Origin: an uncultured Flavobacteriales bacterium
GTDB lineage: Bacteria; Bacteroidota; Bacteroidia; Flavobacteriales_F; PHOS-HE28
Assembly: GCA_963814325.1 (NCBI GenBank)
Contig: CAWFCK010000001.1
Coordinates: 306,880-370,879, forward strand
DNA: 64,000 bases
Direction: 5' to 3'
Shown here: positions 14,101 through 23,833 of the stretch, one piece after another
Layout of the letters: every line of letters starts with the position of its first letter
Position numbering within the stretch: the stretch's first letter is position 1
Notes under the pieces: model-generated
What the model saw: only the letters and a program-made list of their open reading frames with translations
The model's database searches: none
What the model was told of the DNA's origin: nothing
Program-made: the position numbers and the translations under genes

Positions 14101-15689
14101 TCCACGCGTCCGTTCGTCGGCTGTCCAAAGATCTGGGCGGTGTTGTCCAGTTCCAGATTGCCATTGGTGTTGATCGTGCCGATCAGCGGGTTGATGTTGC
14201 CACGGATGATCAGGGGGGTGTTGATGTTCAAACTACCCGAGCCCTGCATGTGGATCACGCTCACGATGCCCTTCGTGGCCGTGCCGGCCAGGGTACCGCT
14301 ATTGTTCAAGTTCATCGTGCCGGAACCTCCGAAAAGCATCGAGGCGACCACGAGGTCGGCATAACCGGCGTTCGTGAAGTTGCCGAGGAAGTTCAGGGTA
14401 ACCCCGCCCAGACCGGTGGTCATGGGGTAGAAACGGCCCGTGGCACCAATGTCGAAGTTGCCGGTGCAGGTCATGGCGTTGGCCGTGGCGTTCCACTGCA
14501 TTACACCATCCACCTGGTAATTGAGGTAGTTGATCACTTGGTCAACCGTGACCACAGCGGTGGAAGGAATGCTGATGTTGTTACCGGCAGCTGGCACCAC
14601 GCCACCCGCCCAGGTACCTGGGCTGCTCCAAAGACCACCCGTTGCCGTGGTGGTGAAGAGGGAGGGGGGAGCCGTGGTAAAGCTGTTCACTGCGCAAGTG
14701 GCAGGACCGCCACCGATGTTCGTCGGAACGACCATCCAATAATAGGTGGTGCCAAACGCCATTGCAGGTGCATAGGTTGTGGCAGCAGTACCCGTCAGTA
14801 CGCGCACTGAGGAATCCTTCGCGGCCACAAGCGCCGAGTTGGTGGAGAAGTAAACATCATAGGTGGGTGCAGGAGCTCCACCAGCACCAGACCAGGAAAG
14901 AACTTGGTTGGTAGCAACCAACGTCGCGAGATCCGCTGGAATAAATGCCGTAGGACAAGTCGCAGGCGAGGGTGTGGCGGAAACCAACAGAACGTTATCG
15001 ATCGCGTGTGGAACAGCGGTTCCGCAGCATGTGTCGGTCTTCCAGGAAATGAAGATACGGACCGTGGTGCCTGCGAGTGAGGCAGGCAATGTGGCCGTTA
15101 CGGTGAAAGCAGTTCCTGCGGCGCCTCCTCCGATGGAGTTAGCAACCCAGGTTGCACCCGTGATACCTGTAGGCACACTGGTATTGCCACTTAAACCATA
15201 GGCGCTACTGTTGGGCGTCAGGGACGTCGGGCCATAGAAGACCTGGATCATATCAAAACCGCTTTCGCCAGCTCCTTGCCAGTTGAAGGAGAGGCTGATG
15301 GCCGTTTCGCCAGCGGGAATGGTTATATCCCGGTAGATGAAGGCAGCTGTGTTCGAGGTGAGACTATAGGTATAGTCAGTTGTCGAACCAGTTGCGTTCG
15401 CCCATGCACAGTTGCCAGCGAACGGAGGTGCAGTCGCCGGATAAGTTGTGGTAGGTTGTGTGCCCACAACCCACTGGTTCGTGGCATGGTTGATAACGGC
15501 CGTTGTCCAGTTGTTATCAAATAAGGTTGGCCCCAAGTCGAAATTGCCCCCGTTGGCCGGTCCGATCAGAGTTGTCTGTCCAAAGGACTGTGCGATGCCC
15601 AAGAGCATGAGCGCACAGAACATGGCGATCGAGCGCCACCAAGGCGTTCGCCGCGTTCCCGGAGCGGTGTGTGTGTTCGGATTATTCAT
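5151..15689 (-). CDS. Giant (~3,500 aa) T9SS-sorted multidomain adhesin-like protein, split into 6 ORF fragments by single-nt frameshifts
   Basis: The minus-strand fragments 13650..15749, 10673..13765, 10294..10893, 7950..10601, 7664..8632 and 5151..7826 join collinearly. One example is ...SGAATLS|YAGTAASVSLNYDATNQ at ~13688. The N-terminus is MNNPNTHTAPGTRRTPWWRSIAMFCALMLLGIAQSFGQ (signal peptide; ATG at 15689). Content includes GSGYTxxPTVT/GGGG repeats, five tandem ~95-aa modules (TWxx...Y.VYFxTN...CNTxYYWRVxPxNCxG...FTT), Cys-FN3 modules, two CUB-like modules and PPC-like modules. The C-terminus LWPNPVRDGRVNLQINEL...GVYTVNITVNDKQFTQRLTVVR is a typical T9SS type-A sorting domain. Confidence 0.75.
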
Positions 15690-15821
15690 GTGACGGGTTT
15701 TGGTTGGGTTGGTATTTGCGGACGAGGGTCTTGGTGAATGCTGTGGCATTGATCACTGCGGAGGAGGGGTCTGCTCTGGAGTAGTTGAACTCCGATGCGC
15801 ATACCGCGATCTCCGCGGAAC

Positions 15822-16262
15822 TTAGTTGCGTGGGTGCTTTTGTTTTCGCTTGTCTTTTCTATGCTTCACATTGGCCGGTGCTTCTTCCGGAATGACCACC
15901 GGTGTTGGGGCAGCTTCCGGCGTAGGCTCGATGCGTGGTTCCGGCTCCATGTCCGGCACACCCGCCAAAGGTTCAGTTGGCTCGGGCTTGGAAACGGCCT
16001 TTTCGGCCTCGCGCTTATTGGCCAGCAGTTGTTCGTTGTAGATGTCCACGCCCTTGGGGTCGTAGCACATCACCATTTCCGGCTTTTCCGGGATGGATTT
16101 GTAGAACGCGGCATAGGACGAATCCTGGGCGACGATCTGCGCCACCACGGCAGCATCCATTTCCACGGGCTTGAAGTCCTGGGCGCGAAGTGCTGTGATC
16201 TGGGAAAGGCCACAGCACAACAAAAGGGCGAGCAATAGACGGAGGGGCATTGTCGTTCTCAT
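15822..16262 (-). CDS. Hypothetical secreted protein with a Pro/Glu-rich C-terminal half
   Basis: ORF 15822..16277. The internal start gives MRTTMPLRLLLALLLCCGLSQITALRAQ (signal peptide), followed by a low-complexity PEPTEP... tail. No family was recognised. Confidence 0.55.
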   Translation of the reverse strand: MRTTMPLRLLLALLLCCGLSQITALRAQDFKPVEMDAAVVAQIVAQDSSYAAFYKSIPEKPEMVMCYDPKGVDIYNEQLLANKREAEKAVSKPEPTEPLAGVPDMEPEPRIEPTPEAAPTPVVIPEEAPANVKHRKDKRKQKHPRN

Positions 16263-16593
16263 TGCAGAGCAGATCATTCGTCGCAGGTCCGTTCCGTCGA
16301 ACGCATTGAAACCCTCGGCTCTCTTAGGGCCGTAGGCTTTCGCCGAGGGGTTAACAAGTTTTGGATGACGGAAAGGATTATTGGAGCGGGACTAAGGTAT
16401 TGGCGCAAATGATCCAAGCGGCGAAAAATAATTTTGTCAACAGGAGGCAACTGATCACGGTCGATCACGAACGCGGAGGGTCGGGGAGGGGGCGTTCCGG
16501 TTGAAAAGCCCGTGAAGATAGGGAAAATGGCCTCCGGGTTCCGCTCTGCGGATCTTTTGAACATCCCGGGCGCTCCCCCCGTTCAAGGTGGCC

Positions 16594-17364
16594 ATGAAGC
16601 CCCGGATCGCCCCCTGCCACTATGTGTTGCTCGGCCTGTTCATTTCGACCATGATCCCGACCCGCGTCCTGGCGCAGCACGTGGATGAGCCCCTGTTCGC
16701 CGAAGAGCTCTTCACCATACCCGATAGCCTCTTGGGCCAAAGCGAGCCCATCGATGCCTACGAGCCGTTGGTTCGGGCGCTCGGAGGTGATTCCATTCGG
16801 CGGTGCGATGGGCAACCATGCAATGGCTACATGGAGGACCACTATGCCGATGGCGTGCTGAAGCACCGTGGCTATTACCAGGATGGGCATTTGTTGGTGT
16901 ACAGGAACTACTGGCCCAATGCGCTCCTCGAGCGCGAATACCAGGTAACGAGCAACACACGCAGCAGCCTGGCCACCTTCCACCCGAACGGCCAGCCGCG
17001 CACCACCACGGTGTACGTGAAAGGCGAACAGCGCAGCTATAGCGAGCACTACGTGAACGGCCAGTTGCGCTACGCCGAGGAGCGGCATACCGACTTACCG
17101 GTATACACGCGCATGGACCTCTTCGCACCGGACGGACGGCCCATCAGCACATTGGAACTTGTTGATAAGAAGCGTGTGGTGATGGCGCAGAAGGAGTACT
17201 GGCCGAACGGCCTTATCCGTTGCGAAGGACGCTCACAATACGACCGCCAGCAAGGCGACTCGCAACGCATCGGGGAATGGGTGTACAATGACGAGAGCGG
17301 GCAGGCCTTGCGGAAGGAGAGTTATGTGGGAGGCAAGGTGCACCTGGTGGCGGAGGTGAGGTAG
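16594..17364 (+). CDS. MORN-repeat-variant / YwqK-like repeat protein with signal peptide
   Basis: ORF 16588..17364. MKPRIAPCHYVLLGLFISTMIPTRVLAQ is followed by repeated G.Y..YY.NG.L-type units (GYYQDGHLLVYRNYWPNALL, HYVNGQLRYAEE, EYWPNGLIRCEG, GEWVYNDESGQALRKESY). Confidence 0.6.
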   Translation: MKPRIAPCHYVLLGLFISTMIPTRVLAQHVDEPLFAEELFTIPDSLLGQSEPIDAYEPLVRALGGDSIRRCDGQPCNGYMEDHYADGVLKHRGYYQDGHLLVYRNYWPNALLEREYQVTSNTRSSLATFHPNGQPRTTTVYVKGEQRSYSEHYVNGQLRYAEERHTDLPVYTRMDLFAPDGRPISTLELVDKKRVVMAQKEYWPNGLIRCEGRSQYDRQQGDSQRIGEWVYNDESGQALRKESYVGGKVHLVAEVR

Positions 17365-17365
17365 G

Positions 17366-17557
17366 GGGGTAACCGCAACTGCGAGGCCGCATTTGGGCCG
17401 AAGCAGTCTTTGATCGGGGGGCGGGGATCGAAGATCGCTTCGCCCGGGACGGGCTCGCGAATCGGGAGGGATCAAAGATCGCTTCGTCGCCGAGCCTCCT
17501 CGCGAATCGGGTGGGATGCAAAGATCGCTTCGCCCGAGACGGGCTCGCGAAGCGGGA
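17366..17557. repeat. Hairpin-repeat array 1a: one short type-B element plus three type-A units (~44 bp each)
   Basis: The type-B element (ggtaaccgcaactgcgaggccgcatttgggccgaagcagtctttgatcgggggg) starts 3 nt after the stop at 17364. Three units of form GATCxAAGATCGCTTCG-[core]-CTCGCGAAxCGGG follow. The last ends 3 nt before the GIY-YIG stop codon (17560). Confidence 0.9.
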
Positions 17558-17559
17558 GG

Positions 17560-17862
17560 TCACCAGGTCGCAAGGAGTTCGTCATACAGATCCTTCCAAG
17601 TGGGATTGAACGCTTCGATCAGCGCGATCTTCTTCTTCCGGCTTCCAGCCTTCAACTGCTGTTCGCGAGCGATGGCCTCGTCGATCGTTGGGAAGAGTTC
17701 GTAGTAGACGAGGTTGTGCAGGTTGTAACGGGCGGAGAAGCTGTTCGGGTAGAAACGGGTCTTGTGCTTCCATGTCCGAATGATGAGTTCTGATGTCATG
17801 CCCACATATAAGACGCCATTCGGCCTGTTGGTGACGATGTATGTGGCGCCGCCGCGTTCCAT
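17560..17862 (-). CDS. GIY-YIG nuclease family protein (small URI-domain type, ~100 aa)
   Basis: ORF 17560..17871. From the ATG at 17862 it reads MERGGATYIVTNRPNGVLYVGMTSELIIRTWKHK...YYELFPTIDEAIAREQQLKAGSRKKKIALIE. The GIY (YIV) ... YVG motif and the C-terminal E...K..R..K motif are typical of COG2827-like GIY-YIG proteins. Confidence 0.85.
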   Translation of the reverse strand: MERGGATYIVTNRPNGVLYVGMTSELIIRTWKHKTRFYPNSFSARYNLHNLVYYELFPTIDEAIAREQQLKAGSRKKKIALIEAFNPTWKDLYDELLATW

Positions 17863-18573
17863 GGGGATCAAAGATCGTTTCGTCGCGGGGCCTCCTCGCG
17901 AAGCGGGTGATCAAAGATCGCTTCGTCGCGGAGCCTCCTCGCGAATCGGGGGGTAACCCAACTGCGAGGGCGCCGCGGCCGAAGCCAACCGCTACTGCGA
18001 GGCCGCATTTGGGCCGAAGCAGTCTTTGATCGGGGGGGTGGGGAATTAAAGATCGCTTCGTCGCCGAGCCTCCTCGCGAAGCGGGGATCGAAGATCGCTT
18101 CGTCGCAGGGCCTCCTCGCGAATGCGGAATTAAAGATCGCTTCGTCGCAGGGCCTCCTCGCGAATGCGGAATTAAAGATCGCTTCGTCGCAGGGCCTCCT
18201 CGCGAATCGGGTGGGATCAAAGATCGCTTCGTCGCAGGGCCTCCTCGCGAATCGGGGGGATCGAAGATCGCTTCGTCGCGGGTCATCGCTGCGCGTTGCG
18301 CAACGATGCCTGTCCTTCGGACCCTCGCGAAGCGGGGGTAACCCAACTGCGAGGCCGCCGCGGCCGAAGCTAACCGCTACTGCGAGGCCGCATTTGGGCC
18401 GAAGCAGTCTTTGATCGGGGGGCGGATCAAACGCTTCGTCGCAGGGTCATCGCTGCGCGTTGCGCAACGATGCCTGTCCTTCGGACCCTCGCGAATCGGT
18501 GATCAAAGATCGCTTCGTCGCAGGGCCTCCTCGCGAAGCGGGGATCAAAGATCGCTTCGCCCCAGGGCGGGCT
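17863..18573. repeat. Hairpin-repeat array 1b: 11 type-A units (two carrying a nested ~45-nt insertion) plus 2 long type-B elements
   Basis: The array begins 1 nt from the GIY-YIG ATG. Unit consensus is GATCAAAGATCGCTTCGTCGCAGGGCCTCCTCGCGAATCGGG. Two copies at 18126..18209 are identical over 40 bp with a 42-bp period. Long variants lie at 18258..18337 and 18424..18500. Type-B elements lie at 17951..18037 and 18337..18423. Confidence 0.9.
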
Positions 18574-18591
18574 CGCGAACAGGTATAACGA

Positions 18592-18619
18592 CCGCGGCCC
18601 CGACTTGTCGGGGCCGCGG
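18592..18619 (-). terminator. Putative dnaK terminator hairpin (12-bp perfect GC stem, no U tract)
   Basis: CCGCGGCCCCGA (18592..18603), loop CTTG, TCGGGGCCGCGG (18608..18619). It lies 20 nt downstream of the dnaK stop at 18639. The absence of a T run lowers confidence. Confidence 0.5.
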
Positions 18620-18638
18620 AACTGAATAATGGTAGTGC

Positions 18639-20608
<1,970 letters not shown>

Positions 20609-20680
20609 CTACCTGTCAGGTACCACCGCCAAGCCTTGCCAGATGCGGGCTGTAGGGCTGTCAAAAGGACAGCAGCGCGA

Positions 20681-21763
20681 CTAATCGCAGCCGGGACTGC
20701 CGGGCAAGCAGAACTTCAGGCCACTGGTGTAGGCGCCGTTCAGCAGCTCATCCTTCGACTGCTGGTTCAGGTCCTTGCGGCCGTTGCTGTCGCCCACCTG
20801 CTTGTACATGCGGCTGCTCACGATGCCGTAGCCGCCGACGACGTTCGAATAATCCGGTCGCTCCTCCACCAGCCCGCTGATGGGGTTGGCCAATTGCAGG
20901 TAGGTGTGCAGGTCAGGTCCGGCCACCCACCAGTACAGTTCGATGCCGCGGAAGATGCGTTTGGTCACCAAGGCTTCATTGAAGACCGGTTCCACGTTCG
21001 GCACACGCGAGGCCACCGTTTGGTAGAACAGTTCGCCATTCAAGGATGCCGAGATCTGGTCGCCAGGTGCGGTGCCGGTGATCACCGTGCCGATCTGTGA
21101 GGCGAAGTTCTTGGGGTGCACAGAGCCATCCTCCAGGATCTCATCATAGAACACCCTATAGTATGACTCATACCGGCGGGCGTTGGCCGTGGTGAACCAG
21201 AAGGCCGTGTAGGGCACATAGCCTGCACCCGCCCGGAAGCTGATGTCGGTGTTGAGGTTCTGCGTTGGGTTATAGATGGACAGGTCGTTCACGACGGGCG
21301 TGCTGCCCGTGATCGTATTCCCTTTCACGGTAAGTGCCACACGGTAGCGGGCGGTCACGTCCAGGTTTCCGTTCGCCTGATCGCCCCGGAAGTAGTACAT
21401 CTTATGCACTGGCCAAGCAAAGATCCCTTCGGGCCGGTTGGTCAGTACGGTATCACGCAGTTCGAGCGTCGCCAGCACGTTCCCTGCGGCATCGGTCTTT
21501 TCGATGCGTCGCTGATCGGGTGGCAACTGCTCTTCGGTGTACTCCGTGGAATCAGGGATCTGGGCGTATTCAAAGGCGTTCCCTGAACCGAGGAAGGCCT
21601 TGTTGATCTTCACCCAGTGGATGTTGTCGTTCTTGTTCAGCAACGCATACACCACGGTGATCTCCTTGTAGGGAGCGGTGACATCGAGGTCGGTGCTGCA
21701 GCCATAGAAGAAGGACGCAGTGACCAGGGCCAGCAGGGCGCGAACGGAGCGGTTGAACATCAT
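20681..21763 (-). CDS. Hypothetical lipoprotein
   Basis: ORF 20681..21826. The internal start [27 protein letters not shown] gives a lipobox (FFYGC). The 360-aa reading frame is intact. The family was not recognised with certainty; it resembles Bacteroidetes DUF-type lipoproteins. Confidence 0.6.
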   Translation of the reverse strand: MMFNRSVRALLALVTASFFYGCSTDLDVTAPYKEITVVYALLNKNDNIHWVKINKAFLGSGNAFEYAQIPDSTEYTEEQLPPDQRRIEKTDAAGNVLATLELRDTVLTNRPEGIFAWPVHKMYYFRGDQANGNLDVTARYRVALTVKGNTITGSTPVVNDLSIYNPTQNLNTDISFRAGAGYVPYTAFWFTTANARRYESYYRVFYDEILEDGSVHPKNFASQIGTVITGTAPGDQISASLNGELFYQTVASRVPNVEPVFNEALVTKRIFRGIELYWWVAGPDLHTYLQLANPISGLVEERPDYSNVVGGYGIVSSRMYKQVGDSNGRKDLNQQSKDELLNGAYTSGLKFCLPGSPGCD

Positions 21764-21933
21764 GGGTGGCCAAAGATACCGAAGCCTGCCAGCTTCCTGG
21801 TGCCGAGGTTGACCAGCCGGTCGCATGGCGGCCCACCATCGGTGCGTTGGCTATCGTGGGCGGTTTAGCTTTGAGCGCCCTCCGTAACGTGGGCCCCCCA
21901 ACAACGCCCACGCCGGGCCACGGCGCACCACGC

Positions 21934-22753
21934 ATGAGCATGCACAAGGAGGTCAAACGCGTGACCACGCACACGCTGCAGGAGATGAAGCAAAAGGGCG
22001 TCCCCATCGCCATGCTCACCGCCTACGACTATTCGCTGGCCCGGCTGGTGGATGCCGCGGGCATGGACGTGATCCTTGTGGGGGACAGTGCCAGCAACGT
22101 GATGGCCGGACATGAGACGACATTGCCCATCACCCTGGACCAGATCGATCTACCACGCCAGTGGCGTGGTGCGCGGTTGTGAACGGGCACTGATCGTGGT
22201 GGACCTGCCCTTCGGCACGTATCAAGGCAATTCAAAGGGCGCGTTGAACTCGCGCCATCCGCATCATGAAGGAGAGCGGCGCCCATGCCGTGAAGCTGGA
22301 AGGCGGCGAGGAGGTGCTGGACAGCGTGGACCGCATCCTGACCGCGGGCATCCCGGTGATGGGTCACTTGGGTCTCACCCCCCAGAGCATCTACAAGTTC
22401 GGCACCTACGTGGTGCGGGCGCGGGAGGAGGAGGAGGCGGACCGCCTGAAACGCGATGCGAAGCTGCTGGAGGAAGCGGGCTGTTTCGCCCTGGTGCTGG
22501 AGAAGATCCCGGCCGCACTGGCGGCCGAGGTGGCCAAGAGCATCAGCATACCGGTGATCGGCATCGGTGCCGGTGGCGGTGTGGACGGGCAGGTGCTCGT
22601 GCTGCACGACATGCTGGGCATCAACAAGGAGTTCAATCCGCGCTTCCTGCGCCGCTATGCCGATCTGCACACGGTGATCACCGGACGCGGTGGGCAAGCT
22701 ACGTGAAGGACGTGCGCGCCAAGGATTTCCCGAACGCCGCCGAGCAGTACTGA
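21934..22753 (+). CDS. panB: 3-methyl-2-oxobutanoate hydroxymethyltransferase (PanB), interrupted by about four +1 insertions
   Basis: Fragments 21766..22182, 22112..22753 and 22266..22706. The protein reads [70 protein letters not shown]...[10 protein letters not shown]...[14 protein letters not shown]...[14 protein letters not shown]...IPVIGIGAG...[12 protein letters not shown]. Removing the extra bases at ~22146, ~22253, ~22683 and ~22699 restores one frame ending ...[16 protein letters not shown]. Confidence 0.9.
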
Positions 22754-22759
22754 CCGGCC

Positions 22760-23464
22760 GTGCACGAGCTCTACAGCGATGCGTACCTGTTGGCGGTGAA
22801 CAAGCCCGGCGGCATGCCGGTGCAACCCGATCCCACGGGCGATATGTCCCTCTTTCAACTGGTGCAGACCGGACCGCCGGAGCGCCCCGATGCCGGCATG
22901 CCACATCGCGTGGACCGGCCGGTGAGCGGTGTAGTGCTCTTCACCCTCACGGCCGAAGCGCTTGCGGCCATGAGCGCGCTCTTCGCCGAGCAGCGGGTGC
23001 ACAAGATGTATTGGGCCGTGGTGGAAGGAACTCCGGGTGACAAGGGTTCGTGGATGCACCGCCTTACGCATGATGCCCATGCACCACAAGGCCCGCGTGG
23101 TGGAGGACACCGAGGGGCACCCCTGCATGCACGCATTACCGCCGGCTGGCACAGGGCGATCGCTATGCGCTGTTGGAGCTGATCCCCGAAGGCGGACGCT
23201 TCCACCAGTTGCGTGCGCAATGCGCGGCGGCCGGTATTCCGATCAAGGGCGATGTGAAGTACGGTGCGCGTCGCGGCGAAGCAGGACCGCACCATCGGAC
23301 TGCATGCGCGGTCGATCACCTTCGAGCACCCGTTCACCGGAAAGCAGGTAGTGGTGGAAGCGCCGCCGCCAACCTCGCCGTTGTGGAAGGCGTTGCTGGA
23401 GAAGGTGCGGGTGAGGCGATCAAAGATCGCTTCGTCGCGGAGCTTGCTCGCGAACACGGGCTAG
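22760..23464 (+). CDS. RluA-family pseudouridine synthase, frameshifted; its 3' end runs into repeat array 2
   Basis: ORF 22760..23182 reads LLAVNKPGGMPVQPD...HRVDRPVSGVVLFTLT (the HRLDxxTSG-type motif). It continues in 23173..23757 (LLELIPEGGRFHQLRAQCAAAGIPIKGDVKYG) and 23264..23464 (IGLHARSITFEHPFTGKQVVVEAPPP). The last ~15 codons (RRSKIASSRSLLANTG*) are translated from the first repeat unit. Confidence 0.75.
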
Positions 23465-23833
23465 GATCGATCGCTTCGTCGCAGGAGCCTCCTCGCGATG
23501 GATCGAACGATCGCTCGCGGCTGTTGGTGCGCACCCGCTCGCGAATCGGGGGTAAGCAGCACCAGCGAGGCCGTCTCGGCCGAAGCCTACCGCTACTGCG
23601 AGGCCGCATTTGGGCCGAAGCAGTCTTTATCGGGAGCGGGGGGAGGTCAAAGATCGCTTCGTCGCCGAGCCTCCTCGCGAAACCGGGTAGGATGATGATC
23701 GCTTCGTCGCGGAGCCTCCTCGCGACACGGAGGATCAAGATCGCTTCGCGGTGCTGAGTGCACATCCGCTCGCGAACACGGTTGATCAAGATCGCTTCGC
23801 GGGTGTTGAGTGCACACCCGCTCGCGAAGCTGG
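23416..23833. repeat. Hairpin-repeat array 2: 7 type-A units (three with alternative cores) plus 1 long type-B element
   Basis: Same conserved flanks as array 1 (AAGATCGCTTCG ... CTCGCGAA). The cores include GCGGGTGTTGAGTGCACACCCGC (7-bp stem). The type-B element lies at 23551..23640. The array ends 1 nt before the priA stop codon (23834). Confidence 0.9.

Noticed and set aside
17582-18346. 254-aa minus-strand ORF with repeated GGPATKRSLIP peptide; similar ORFs 17213..17563 and 23334..23837
   Set aside because: These are translations of the DNA repeat units. Their periodicity equals the repeat period, they overlap the well-supported GIY-YIG gene, and they have no start context.
17366-18573. 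Possible CRISPR array (regularly spaced ~42-45 bp repeats)
   Set aside because: The units abut each other with no unique spacers of constant length. The variable part is an internal hairpin core, not a spacer. No cas genes are present, and the same array type recurs at 23416..23833.
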